Notes: generated by a model from the sequence alone, not told the origin. 64,000 nucleotides of DNA from an uncultured Erysipelotrichaceae bacterium (GCA_902767245.1 CACXGO010000002.1:6343-70342), one strand, 5' to 3'. Shown: positions 19,954 through 31,771, numbered from the stretch's first letter. A program made the numbers and translations.

Positions 19954-21543
19954 ATGATGCAAGAATTTATTTTGTCATTGGTAGCAATTTTTATATTTTG
20001 GATTTTAAAAACTCGAAAATGTTTTCATATGTTACAACAGAATTGGTATGATAAAAGTTTTAGATATTTAAAATGGATATTTAAAAATGCCAAAAAGTCA
20101 TTTTTAGATGTTGATATTCTTATAATTCCTGTAATTTTACTCTGCTACTTATTTAAACCTGTTTATGTTTACTATATAATTGGGCTCACATATCTTTTGA
20201 TAACATATATTTATTTTAAAAATATGAAACATGAACAAGTAAAAAAGGCCTTAGTTTATACAGCAAGACTTAAAAGGCTTTCTGTTACAATGTTGATTAT
20301 ATATGCGATACCTTTAATTTTTATTTTAAATAATTTTGATTCGGCTAAAATATATCTTTATTATGTAATATTAATAGCTATGTTGTATTTGAATTTTATT
20401 ATTGTTGCTATTGCTAATCGTATAAATATGCCAATTGAAAAGCTAGTTTATTTTCATTATTTACATCAAGCAAAGCAAAAAATTGAAAGTATGCCTAATA
20501 TGAAAAGAATAGGTATTACTGGCAGTTATGGTAAAACAACTAGTAAAAATGTACTTAATGATATTTTATCAACATCGTTTAATACAACGCCAACCCCGTT
20601 AAACTATAATACTGCTTATGGAGTAATTAATGCTATTAATAATTATCTTGACAAATTTTCAGATATTTTTATAGTTGAAATGGGAACGCTAAAAAGAGGA
20701 GATATTAAAAAGATTGCAGATATTGCAAAACCAGAATATGGAATTTTGACTAAAATTGGGGTTGCTCATTTAGAAACTCTTGGAAGCGAAGAAAACATTC
20801 AAAAAGAGAAATTTTCTTTAATTGAGTCACTTCCAAAGGATGGAATTGCTATTTTAAATCGTGATGATGAAATGCAAGTTAACTATAAATTAAAAAATAA
20901 ATGTAAAGTGATTTGGATAGGCATTGATAACGATTGTGATGTTAGAGCAACTAATATTAAACTTTCACACGAAGGAAGTACTTTTGATTGTATAATTAAA
21001 GGAAGTAGTAAAGTATATCATTTTCAAACAAAATTACTTGGAAAAGTAAATATTTATAATATTCTTGCCGGTGTAGCTTTAGGGCTAGAATTTGGTATTA
21101 AAGATGAAAAATTAGAAATGGCGGTGAGAAGAGTAAAGCCAACTGAGCATCGTTTAGAATTAAAAAAATATCATGATTTATATATTATTGATGATGCATA
21201 TAATTCTAATCCGGTTGGTTCAAAAATGGCCTGTGAAGTTTTAGGACTAATGCCAGGCAAAAAAATAATGGTAACTCCAGGTATGATTGACTTGGGTGAC
21301 AAACAAGATGAATTAAATGAGAAATTTGGTGAATATATAGCTGATGTTGCTGATGAAGTAATTTTAGTAGGAGAGCATCAAACAAAACCAATTTTTAAAG
21401 GTTTAATGAAAAAGAAATTTAAAGAAAAAAATATACACGTAATTAATGATGTTAAGGAAGCTTTTCCTTTAGCACTTAAATTAAAAGAAAAAGATACTTA
21501 TGTGCTTTTAGAAAATGATTTGCCAGACATTTTTAATGAATAG
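19954..21543 (+). CDS. murF: MurF-like Mur ligase (UDP-MurNAc-tripeptide--D-Ala-D-Ala ligase family) with an N-terminal five-TM domain
   Basis: GITGSYGKTTSKN P-loop, TEHRLE and DDAYNSNP motifs, and ddl immediately downstream. The first ~165 aa are hydrophobic helices. Confidence 0.7.
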   Translation: MMQEFILSLVAIFIFWILKTRKCFHMLQQNWYDKSFRYLKWIFKNAKKSFLDVDILIIPVILLCYLFKPVYVYYIIGLTYLLITYIYFKNMKHEQVKKALVYTARLKRLSVTMLIIYAIPLIFILNNFDSAKIYLYYVILIAMLYLNFIIVAIANRINMPIEKLVYFHYLHQAKQKIESMPNMKRIGITGSYGKTTSKNVLNDILSTSFNTTPTPLNYNTAYGVINAINNYLDKFSDIFIVEMGTLKRGDIKKIADIAKPEYGILTKIGVAHLETLGSEENIQKEKFSLIESLPKDGIAILNRDDEMQVNYKLKNKCKVIWIGIDNDCDVRATNIKLSHEGSTFDCIIKGSSKVYHFQTKLLGKVNIYNILAGVALGLEFGIKDEKLEMAVRRVKPTEHRLELKKYHDLYIIDDAYNSNPVGSKMACEVLGLMPGKKIMVTPGMIDLGDKQDELNEKFGEYIADVADEVILVGEHQTKPIFKGLMKKKFKEKNIHVINDVKEAFPLALKLKEKDTYVLLENDLPDIFNE

Positions 21544-21555
21544 TAGGAGGATTTT

Positions 21556-22749
21556 ATGAAAATAAAAGTAGGTGTAATATTTGGTGGTGAATCAGTTGAA
21601 CATGAAGTAAGTATTATTTCTGCTGTTCAAGCGATGAAACACTTAAATGAAGAAAAATATGAAGTAATTCCAATTTATATTGCTAAAGATCAAACATGGT
21701 ATACAGGAAATATGCTTAAAGATATTGAAGTTTATCGTGATTTAGATTTATTAAAAAGATTTTCTAAAAAAGTTGTTTTAACTAAAAAAGATAAAGAATT
21801 TTACTTAATGAAAACAAATGGTGTTTTTAGAAAAGAAATAACAGATATTGATGTTATTCTACCAATTGTTCATGGCCATGGAGTTGAAGATGGTTCACTC
21901 CAAGGTTATTTGGAAACATTAAAAATTCCTTATGTAGGATCGAATGTTTTAGGTTCTGCTTTAGGTCAAGACAAAGTTGTCATGAAACAAGTAATGATAA
22001 GTGAAGGAATTCCATGTGTAGATTATGTTTGGTTTTATGATACTGAATATGAACTTGATAATGAAGCAATTATTAAAAAAATTAAAAAGTTAGGATTCCC
22101 TGTAGTTGTAAAACCAGCTACATTAGGTAGTAGTGTTGGAATTTCGCTTGTAAAAAAAGAAGAGGAATTAGACGAAGCTATTACTGAAGCAATCTCATAT
22201 GACTCTAAAATAGTAGTAGAAGCAGCAGTTGAAAACTTAATCGAAGTAAATGCTAGTGTTATTGGAAACTACGAATCTCAAGATGTTAGTGTTTTAGAAG
22301 AAGTAATGGGTGTTGATGAGTTCTTAAGCTACCGTGATAAATATCTAGGTGGCGGTAAGAAAACTGGTTCAAAAGGAATGGCTTCAACTAACAGAATTGT
22401 TCCAGCTCGTTTGGATGAAAAAATGACATTAGAAGTTCAAGAACTAGCTAAAAAAGTATTTAAAGTTCTTAATCTTAATGGCGTATGTCGAATTGATTTC
22501 TTAATTGATAAAAAATCAAAGAAAATTTATGTCAATGAACCAAATACAATTCCAGGATCACTTTCGTTTTATTTATGGGACAAGTGTGACAAGCCTTATG
22601 ACATGTTACTTGATGAAATTATTTCTCTAGGTTTGAGAAGATACAAAGCTGAAAGTAAAAAAATTCGTTCTTTTGAATCAAATATTCTAAGTAATTATGG
22701 TGGTACAAAAGGTGCTAAAGGTATTAAAGGAAGCAAAAGTTTAAAATAG
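21556..22749 (+). CDS. ddl: D-alanine--D-alanine ligase
   Basis: FGGESVEHEVSI, HGHGVEDGSLQG, PVVVKPATLGSSVGIS and EPNTIPG motifs. It has a Lys/Gly-rich C-terminal tail. Confidence 0.9.
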   Translation: MKIKVGVIFGGESVEHEVSIISAVQAMKHLNEEKYEVIPIYIAKDQTWYTGNMLKDIEVYRDLDLLKRFSKKVVLTKKDKEFYLMKTNGVFRKEITDIDVILPIVHGHGVEDGSLQGYLETLKIPYVGSNVLGSALGQDKVVMKQVMISEGIPCVDYVWFYDTEYELDNEAIIKKIKKLGFPVVVKPATLGSSVGISLVKKEEELDEAITEAISYDSKIVVEAAVENLIEVNASVIGNYESQDVSVLEEVMGVDEFLSYRDKYLGGGKKTGSKGMASTNRIVPARLDEKMTLEVQELAKKVFKVLNLNGVCRIDFLIDKKSKKIYVNEPNTIPGSLSFYLWDKCDKPYDMLLDEIISLGLRRYKAESKKIRSFESNILSNYGGTKGAKGIKGSKSLK

Positions 22750-22753
22750 TTTT

Positions 22754-22778
22754 AAGAGTATTAATAATACTCTTTTTT
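22754..22778 (+). terminator. rho-independent terminator
   Basis: AAGAGTATT-AAT-AATACTCTT followed by a T-run. Confidence 0.8.
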
Positions 22779-22827
22779 GTTTGACTATTATGAATAAAAG
22801 TGCTAATATATTCCCTCGGTGATTAAT

Positions 22828-23559
22828 ATGAAAAAAATTGATGACAAATTTTTATGGACAATTTGTACAATGCACATGTTAGATATAGAAGTTCCTGCCT
22901 TAGCGGAAGCTAGAATAAAAGTTATTGATAAAGAAAAATTAGATAGTATTTTAAATGATTTAAAAAACATTGAAACATATGTACCAAGCGGTTTTGAAAG
23001 TACTGAGAATATCTCGGTTGATTTTAATCCTAAATTTATTAGTTTTAATAATGTTGGGGCTATTAGAAGCTTGACATGGGTAGAAGGTAACCAACTTTCT
23101 AAAGGGAGATTTGAATACAAATTTTCAAATCCAAGAGCAGCTGTTTATCAATTATTATCAGATGAATATAGTAAAAAAACAAATTTGTTAAATTTGTTTG
23201 CGACTTTGGAATACGGTGACTCAAAAGAAAAACAAATAGCAAGATTAAGACAAGCAGAAGCTTTATTAACGGATTTAAAAAAGGCAAATATTTCTGCAGA
23301 TAAAAAAAGAATGATTATTAAAGGTTTATGGCCAAGTTTTGGAACCTTTGCATTAGAAGGATTGGATGCAGTTTACATTGAAACAATAAATCCATATATG
23401 ATATCAGATATAATTGAACGAGTAAGCTGGTATGAAAAGATTGGTAAGCATGTTCCACCAACATTAAAGGAATTAATAGATAATTGTAATTTAGCAGAAC
23501 AAAATTATGAAGTTTTAACTTTAGCTAAAGAGGCTCATTTTATGGTTAATAAAAGATAG
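22828..23559 (+). CDS. hypothetical cytoplasmic protein
   Basis: 243-aa ORF with a GGTGAT SD. I recognise no motif. Confidence 0.5.
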   Translation: MKKIDDKFLWTICTMHMLDIEVPALAEARIKVIDKEKLDSILNDLKNIETYVPSGFESTENISVDFNPKFISFNNVGAIRSLTWVEGNQLSKGRFEYKFSNPRAAVYQLLSDEYSKKTNLLNLFATLEYGDSKEKQIARLRQAEALLTDLKKANISADKKRMIIKGLWPSFGTFALEGLDAVYIETINPYMISDIIERVSWYEKIGKHVPPTLKELIDNCNLAEQNYEVLTLAKEAHFMVNKR

Positions 23560-23597
23560 TTTAACTATCTTTTTTAATACCAAAATGGTATAATTAA

Positions 23598-25597
<2,000 letters not shown>

Positions 25598-25666
25598 GTA
25601 TTTATTGGAAACAAAAAAAGTTTTTAAAATTTGCAAGTTTATGGTATAATGAATTAAGGTGGTAAA

Positions 25667-26765
25667 ATGGAAATAAGTGAATTATTAAATAGATATAATG
25701 AATTTAAGAATAGAATTTTAGATTTATGGAGGTCACTTTGACATTCTTGGTAAAGAAAAAGAAATAGAAGACTTAGATGCGACTATTAATAATCCTGATT
25801 TTTGGAATGATTCAGAAAATGCTGAAAAAATCATAAACAAGAAAAATAGCATAAAAAAAATAGTCGATTCCATAAATGAAATAAAAAATAAAATAGATTC
25901 TAATTTAGAAATGCTTGAAATACTAAAACAAGAAAACAATTTAGAATTGAGTCAATTAATAGAAAGTGAAATAGTAGAAATTTCTTCTAAATTAGATGAA
26001 TTAGATTTAGATACACTTCTTAATGGACCATATGATGAATTAGATGCCATTATGGAAATACATGCCGGTGCTGGGGGAACAGAAGCTTGTGACTGGGCTA
26101 ACATGTTACTTCGAATGTATACACGTTTCTGTGAAAAAAAAGGGTTTAAATATGAAATTGTTGATAAACAAATATTAGATGAAGCTGGATTTAAAAGCGC
26201 CACAGTTTTAATAAAAGGTGAGTATGCCTATGGAAAATTGAAAAGTGAAAAAGGTGTTCATAGATTAATTAGAATTTCTCCTTTTGATAGCAATTCAAGA
26301 AGACATACTTCATTTGCATCAGTTGATATAGAACCAATATTTGATAATAAAGATATTGATATTCAAATAAAAGATTCTGATATTAGAGTAGATATATATC
26401 GCAGTAGTGGCAATGGTGGTCAGGGTGTTAACACCACCGACTCAGCAGTCAGAATAACTCACTTAGCAACTGGGATTGTAGTTACATGTCAAAATGAGCG
26501 TAGCCAAATTCAAAATCGTGAAACAGCTTTGAATGTTTTAAAAAGCAAATTGTATAAATTAGAGTTAGAAAAAAGAGAGCAAGAATTAAAAGGAATTCAA
26601 GGAGAACTTTCTGATATTAATTTTGGTTCTCAAATAAGAACATACACTATGCATCCATATTCATTAGTTAAAGATCACAGAACAAATGTCGAAAATACTA
26701 ATGTAACTAAAGTGTTAGATGGTGATATAGATTTGTTTATTGATGCATATTTAAAGAAAAGGTAG
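25667..26765 (+). CDS. prfB: peptide chain release factor 2, requires a programmed +1 frameshift at 25736-25742
   Basis: ORF0 is MEISELLNRYNEFKNRILDLWRSL-TGA. The +1 frame continues DILGKEKE...FWND into the tracked ORF 25911..26765, which carries the SPF and GGQ (SSGNGGQGVN) motifs. Confidence 0.95.
25728..25742 (+). promoter_or_regulatory. prfB +1 frameshift site (internal SD plus CTT TGA C)
   Basis: GGAGG, then 3 nt, then CTT-TGA-C. This is the same architecture as the classical RF2 autoregulatory site. Confidence 0.9.
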
Positions 26766-26773
26766 GGTGATTT

Positions 26774-27472
26774 TTGTTGGAATTAATTGAAATAAACAAT
26801 GTTACAAAACGTTTTAAGACGGGAACGATTGCCTTAAATGATGTTTCACTTAAAATTGCAAAAGGTGAATTTGTCTTTATAATAGGTCATACTGGCTGTG
26901 GCAAATCAACTTTAGTTAAAATCATTTATCGTGAAGAAAAACCAACAAGTGGTGAAGTTTTTGTTGGAGGCGTTAATGTAGCAAAAATCAGAAATCGTAA
27001 AGTTTACAAAATTAGACGTAAAATGGGTGTTGTTTTTCAAGACTTTAAATTACTTGAAAAATTAACAGTTTATGAAAATGTTGCTTTTGCTTTAGAAATA
27101 TTTGGTTTAAAATCAAACGAAATTCATACTAAAGTTTTAAAAGCTTTAGAATTGGTAGGTTTGAAAGGGAAAGCCAAGAATTATCCAGATCAATTATCTG
27201 GTGGTGAAAAGCAAAGAGTTGCAATAGCGAGAGCAATTGTAAATGGACCAAAATTATTAATATGCGATGAACCGACAGGAAATTTAGATGAAGAAACAAG
27301 TATGGAAATAATGGATGTATTAAAAGATGTAAATGCATTAGGAACAACAATAATAATGGTAACACATGATACTATTATTGTAGAAAAGATGAAGAAAAGA
27401 GTAATTGAGCTTGAAGAAGGCAAAATAAAAAAAGATTACGCGAAAGGAAAATATAAACGTGAAAATATTTAG
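26774..27472 (+). CDS. ftsE: cell division ATP-binding protein FtsE
   Basis: Walker A GHTGCGKST, LSGGEKQR and LLICDEP. TTG start; ftsX lies directly downstream. Confidence 0.9.
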   Translation: MLELIEINNVTKRFKTGTIALNDVSLKIAKGEFVFIIGHTGCGKSTLVKIIYREEKPTSGEVFVGGVNVAKIRNRKVYKIRRKMGVVFQDFKLLEKLTVYENVAFALEIFGLKSNEIHTKVLKALELVGLKGKAKNYPDQLSGGEKQRVAIARAIVNGPKLLICDEPTGNLDEETSMEIMDVLKDVNALGTTIIMVTHDTIIVEKMKKRVIELEEGKIKKDYAKGKYKRENI

Positions 27473-28358
27473 AATGTTGGGTCGCGATATTCGCGATGCT
27501 TTCCACAGTGTTGTTCGTAACTTTTCTTTATCACTTGCATCAATTACATGTATTATTATAACTTTGTTTATTGTTTCTATTTCCATTATGCTATCTGCAA
27601 TTGTTAATAATTTTGCTAATAATGTAAAAAAAGATATGACTATCTTAGCATTTTTAGATGTTGATGTTGAAGAAGAAAGAATCAAAGAAATAAAAACTGA
27701 AATAGAAAAATTAGGTAATATTGCTTCCATTTCTTTTGATAGTAAAGAAAAAATAGCTAAGCAAATAATTGAAGAGTCCCCAACTTTTAAAGACATTTTA
27801 AGTGGTTATACCGATGAAGATAATCCACTACAAAATACTTATTTAGTAAAAGTAAAAAATGTTGAAAAAATTGGTGAAACTGCAAAAAAAATTGAGGGGA
27901 TTTTAAATGTTGAATCCGTTCAGTATGGAGCTGGCATGGTTGAACAATTACTTGATGTTTTTGAAACTATTAGAGTTGTTAGTTTGTTTGTAGTAGGAGC
28001 CTTAATTATAGTAACAATATTTTTAATTTCAAATACAATAAAAATTACGATTTTTTCAAGAAGAAAAGAAATTGAAATTATGCGTTTAGTTGGGGCATCT
28101 AATATTAATATCAAAATACCTTTTCTATTTGAAGGCGTTTTTCTAGGACTATTTGGTTCAATTCTACCAGTACTTGCAACCATTTATGGTTATACATATT
28201 TATATAATCGTTTAGGAGGATTTATCAGTATAAAAACAATTGAACTAATAAAACCTTCACCATTTATTTATTATGTTGCTTTACTTTTAATTGGGATTGC
28301 AATTATAGTAGGTTCTTTAGGTAGTTATAAAGCAGTTAAAAAACATTTAAAAATATAA
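27459..28358 (+). CDS. ftsX: cell division permease-like protein FtsX
   Basis: N-terminus MKIFRMLGRDIRDAF, a large extracytoplasmic loop and 3 C-terminal TM helices. GTG start overlaps ftsE. Confidence 0.85.
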   Translation: MKIFRMLGRDIRDAFHSVVRNFSLSLASITCIIITLFIVSISIMLSAIVNNFANNVKKDMTILAFLDVDVEEERIKEIKTEIEKLGNIASISFDSKEKIAKQIIEESPTFKDILSGYTDEDNPLQNTYLVKVKNVEKIGETAKKIEGILNVESVQYGAGMVEQLLDVFETIRVVSLFVVGALIIVTIFLISNTIKITIFSRRKEIEIMRLVGASNINIKIPFLFEGVFLGLFGSILPVLATIYGYTYLYNRLGGFISIKTIELIKPSPFIYYVALLLIGIAIIVGSLGSYKAVKKHLKI

Positions 28359-28388
28359 CAAGATTTAAAAAATCTTGTTTTTTTTTAT
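28358..28388 (+). terminator. rho-independent terminator
   Basis: ACAAGATT..AATCTTGT followed by T9. Confidence 0.8.
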
Positions 28389-28431
28389 TTCTTATTTCTG
28401 CTATAAATGATATACTTATTATGGTGATTAT

Positions 28432-29496
28432 ATGGCGAGAGCAAAAGCAATGGATCATAAATGTCCTAGTTGTGGAGCACCTTTACTTTATGTTACAAAA
28501 TTAGCTAAATGGAAATGTGATTATTGTGATTCCACATATACATTAGATGAATTAAAAAAGTTAGGTGTTATAAAAGAAGAAGCAAAAAAAGAAGAAGATA
28601 ATACTATATATGATACATATTTATGTAAAGACTGTGGTGCTGAAATTATAGCAGATGAAAATACAGCTTCAACTTTTTGTTTATATTGTGGTAATACAGC
28701 AATTCTAAAAAATAAACTATCTGGTAAATTTGCACCAGATAAATTAATTCCATTTAAAGTTGTAAAAGAAGATGCAATTAATGCTTTTAAAGCTTTAAAA
28801 AAAGGAAGACCTTTATTACCTAAAGACTTTATATCAGAAAAAAACATTGAAAAAATAACAGGTTTATATGTTCCTTTTTGGTTATATGATATAACTTTTG
28901 ATGGGAATGTCATTGCTAAAGGAACTAAAGTAAAAAGTTGGCGAGTTGGGGATACTCAATATACTAAAACTGATACTTATCAAGTTGAAAGAGATTTAAG
29001 TGTCAGCTATAATTTGGTCCCTGTTGATGGTAGTGAAAAATTTGCAAATGACATTATGAACACAATTGAACCGTTTGATTATAGTGAATTAGTAGATTAT
29101 AACCATGCATATTTGTCTGGTTTTTTAGCTGAAAAATATGATATATCACAAGAGCAAGCATATGAAGATGCCAAAAGAAGAACATTTAATTCAACTATAG
29201 CAGAAGCAAAAAGTTCGATGAGTGGTTATTCATCAGTAAATGTTACAGGTAATACTTTAAAAGATACTTTGAATGATACAAAGTATGCACTTTTACCAGT
29301 TTTTATGGTAAATGTTAAATATAAAGATAAATATTATTTGTTTGCAATGAATGGTCAAACAGGAGAATTTGTTGGAAATATGCCAATTTCTGCAGGAAGA
29401 GTAATTATCTATACTGTTTCAATTTTGGTTATTGTTGCCGCAATAATAATACTAGTATCTTTGATAATTTTTGCTTTATCAGGAGGTGCTAAATGA
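28432..29496 (+). CDS. double zinc-ribbon protein with a C-terminal TM anchor
   Basis: CPSCG..CDYC and CKDCG..CLYCG ribbons, and a C-terminal helix IIYTVSILVIVAAIIILVSLIIF. Confidence 0.55.
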   Translation: MARAKAMDHKCPSCGAPLLYVTKLAKWKCDYCDSTYTLDELKKLGVIKEEAKKEEDNTIYDTYLCKDCGAEIIADENTASTFCLYCGNTAILKNKLSGKFAPDKLIPFKVVKEDAINAFKALKKGRPLLPKDFISEKNIEKITGLYVPFWLYDITFDGNVIAKGTKVKSWRVGDTQYTKTDTYQVERDLSVSYNLVPVDGSEKFANDIMNTIEPFDYSELVDYNHAYLSGFLAEKYDISQEQAYEDAKRRTFNSTIAEAKSSMSGYSSVNVTGNTLKDTLNDTKYALLPVFMVNVKYKDKYYLFAMNGQTGEFVGNMPISAGRVIIYTVSILVIVAAIIILVSLIIFALSGGAK

Positions 29497-30407
29497 AAAA
29501 GTTTTATTTGATTTTAATAACATTATTTTTAGGAATAAATAATGTATTTGCAAGTACTAATACAATTCCAAGAACAGAAGAAGATTTAGGCGTTAATAAG
29601 AAGTGGACTATTAATGAAAAAAATATTGGGAATGTAAAAAGAACACCAAGAGTTAATGCTTCTGAGAAAATATATGATTTTGCTAACATTATAAGTGATG
29701 AAGAAGAACAAAAACTATATCAAGAAATCAAAAATTACATTGATTATACTAAGATGGATATGGTAATTTTGACTATTGATTTAGAATTAAATGATTCAGA
29801 AATTGAAGACTATGCTGCTGATTTTTATGATTATAATGATTTTGGTATAGATACACCTAAATACGATGGTATTATACTAGTAAGAAATGCTAATAATTAT
29901 AATAGATTTTTCAATATTTATACATTTGGAGAAGCTCAACTTTATTATGATTATGATACATGTGAAAGAATACTTGACTATATTTTTGATGATATAAAAA
30001 ACAATCGATATTTAAGTGGATTTAGTAAATTTATCTCATCTTCAAAATCATATTTTGACAAAGGACCTAGAGATGATTGGTATGTTGATGATTATGGATA
30101 TGTATATGTAAAGCGAGAATATCATATTCCATGGAAAACTTCAATTATAATATCATCTATTGTTACTTTAATTACTATAATTATTTTAGTTAAGAAAAAT
30201 AAAATGGTAAAAAAAGAAACATTGGCTAATGTTTATATAAATAAAGATAGCATTTATTATAGAAATAAAGTTGATCAATTTTTACATTCACACACATCAT
30301 CTTACACTATAAGTAGCAGTAGTAGCTCTGGTGGTGGTGGTGGTAGTCATTCACATTCAGGTTCGTCTGGCGGAGGCCACGGTGGTGGTGGCGGTAGACA
30401 CGGATAA
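29493..30407 (+). CDS. TPM-domain (YgcG-like) membrane protein with a Gly/Ser/His-rich tail
   Basis: Signal peptide, IYDFANIISDEEEQKLYQEI typical of a TPM domain start, one TM helix, and the tail SSSSSGGGGGSHSHSGSSGGGHGGGGGRHG. Confidence 0.6.
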   Translation: MKKFYLILITLFLGINNVFASTNTIPRTEEDLGVNKKWTINEKNIGNVKRTPRVNASEKIYDFANIISDEEEQKLYQEIKNYIDYTKMDMVILTIDLELNDSEIEDYAADFYDYNDFGIDTPKYDGIILVRNANNYNRFFNIYTFGEAQLYYDYDTCERILDYIFDDIKNNRYLSGFSKFISSSKSYFDKGPRDDWYVDDYGYVYVKREYHIPWKTSIIISSIVTLITIIILVKKNKMVKKETLANVYINKDSIYYRNKVDQFLHSHTSSYTISSSSSSGGGGGSHSHSGSSGGGHGGGGGRHG

Positions 30408-30413
30408 TTTAAA

Positions 30414-30440
30414 AAGATAAATTAAGTTTTATCTTTTTTT
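30414..30440 (+). terminator. rho-independent terminator
   Basis: AAGATAAA..TTTATCTT followed by a T-run. Confidence 0.7.
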
Positions 30441-30502
30441 ATTTAAATAAAATAAACTTTCATAAATAAAAATTTATTTCATATATTTATTTAGGTGATG
30501 AA

Positions 30503-31270
30503 ATGAAATATAAAGTAGGTGACATAGTAACAAGAAAATCATATAACAATGATACCATATTTAAAATAACAGATATTGTAGGAGATATTTGCTATTTAAA
30601 AGGTCTTAATACAAGAATAATTGCTGATGCTGAGGTATCTGACCTAGTACCTTATAACGATAAAGATGATGTTGAAAATGAAGAAAAATTTGAGGAAAGA
30701 ATCAAAGATATTGTATCGTTAAATCGGGACGATTATTTCTATCTACCAGGGCGTATCCTACATATAGATGGTGATAGTGATTATTTAAATAGATGCCTTG
30801 ATTATTATAAAAGTAATAATATTAATGCTATAGGCATTAATGAATCTGAAGAAACACTTGCAAGTAATATTAAAAATTTACTTGAAGAATATAAACCTAA
30901 TATTGTAATAATAACAGGGCATGATGCCTATTATAAAAAAAATGGTTCATATAAAAATAGTACCAATTTCATTAATGCTGTTAAAGAAGCACGAAATTAT
31001 GAATCTAGTCATGATAAATTAATTATTATTGCGGGTGCTTGTCAATCAAATTATGAAGAATTAATTAAAGCTGGTGCCAATTTTGCATCAAGCCCTAAAA
31101 GAATAAATATTCATGCCTTAGACCCTGCAATAATTGCAACTAAAATAAGTTTACTTGAAGCAACAAAGGATATTGACTTGAGAGATATTTTGGAAAAGAC
31201 AAAATATGGTCCGAGTGGAATTGGGGGTATATCTACTAAAGGAACTATGCATGTGGGGTATCCACGATGA
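30503..31270 (+). CDS. yabG: sporulation-specific protease YabG
   Basis: ITGHDAY, AGACQS.YE.LI.AGANFASSP.RINIHALDP closely follow B. subtilis YabG. Confidence 0.85.
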   Translation: MKYKVGDIVTRKSYNNDTIFKITDIVGDICYLKGLNTRIIADAEVSDLVPYNDKDDVENEEKFEERIKDIVSLNRDDYFYLPGRILHIDGDSDYLNRCLDYYKSNNINAIGINESEETLASNIKNLLEEYKPNIVIITGHDAYYKKNGSYKNSTNFINAVKEARNYESSHDKLIIIAGACQSNYEELIKAGANFASSPKRINIHALDPAIIATKISLLEATKDIDLRDILEKTKYGPSGIGGISTKGTMHVGYPR

Positions 31271-31491
31271 TAAGCGTCTATGAAGTGAAAAAAAATCTAG
31301 CTAGTTTAAAAGGTAAAACAATTAAAATAAAATACAATTTGGGTCGTAATAAATACGAAAGTTATAAAGTTGTGATTAAAGAGTTATATGATTACATTTT
31401 CATTGTTTCGTCAATAAATGACGAAAAATTAGTAAAATCATTTTCATATGCAGATATTATTTCAAAATTAATTAAAATTGATATAAATTGA
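31267..31491 (+). CDS. veg: Veg family protein
   Basis: 74 aa. LASLKGKTIKIKYNLGR and SFSYADII match the Veg pattern, and the gene follows yabG as in Bacillus. Confidence 0.8.
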   Translation: MISVYEVKKNLASLKGKTIKIKYNLGRNKYESYKVVIKELYDYIFIVSSINDEKLVKSFSYADIISKLIKIDIN

Positions 31492-31503
31492 AAGGAGAAA
31501 AAA

Positions 31504-31758
31504 ATGCAAATAACTAATGTTGATGTTTATAAAACTGAAAAGGAAGATTCAAGATTAAAAGGAATAGCAACAGTATATATAGATAATGCTTTTGTTATTA
31601 AAAATATTCGTATAATTGATGGCAACAAAGGACTTTTCATTGCTATGCCTAATCGGGAAGTTAGTCCAGGAAGAAGAATAGATATTTGTAATCCGATAAA
31701 TAGAGAAACACGTAAAATGTTTGAGGATGCAATAATAAGTAAATATAAAGAAAATTAA
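31504..31758 (+). CDS. spoVG: septation protein SpoVG
   Basis: MQITNVDVY...LKGIATV..DN.FVI..IRIIDGNKGLFIAMP matches SpoVG. Confidence 0.9.
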   Translation: MQITNVDVYKTEKEDSRLKGIATVYIDNAFVIKNIRIIDGNKGLFIAMPNREVSPGRRIDICNPINRETRKMFEDAIISKYKEN

Positions 31759-31771
31759 AAGGGAGAAAAAA

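Noticed and set aside
21556-22749. The Lys/Gly-rich C-terminal extension of Ddl (..GGTKGAKGIKGSKSLK), considered as a possible fused peptide or frameshift.
   Set aside because: The frame is continuous and a strong terminator follows the stop. Without a comparison to orthologues I cannot say the tail is unusual.
25667-26765. The possibility that the organism uses genetic code 4 (TGA=Trp), given the extreme AT richness and Mollicutes-like gene content in places.
   Set aside because: The RF2 frameshift site depends on TGA being a stop. Trp is encoded by TGG in conserved motifs, and TGA terminates several well-defined genes (for example at 19094 and 50682).
27338-27796. 152-aa minus-strand ORF, and the similar antisense ORFs at 27129..27365 and 27190..27423, across the ftsE/ftsX junction.
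   Set aside because: They lie entirely antisense to genes with unmistakable ABC/FtsX motifs. Their products are low-complexity Ile/Leu/Ser/Phe-rich translations typical of shadow frames in AT-rich DNA, and they have no SD.
30316-30404. A GGT/GGC/AGT-rich low-complexity tract, conspicuously GC-rich for this genome.
   Set aside because: It is the in-frame Gly/Ser/His tail of the TPM-domain protein. Gly-rich tails are common in YgcG/TPM-family proteins.
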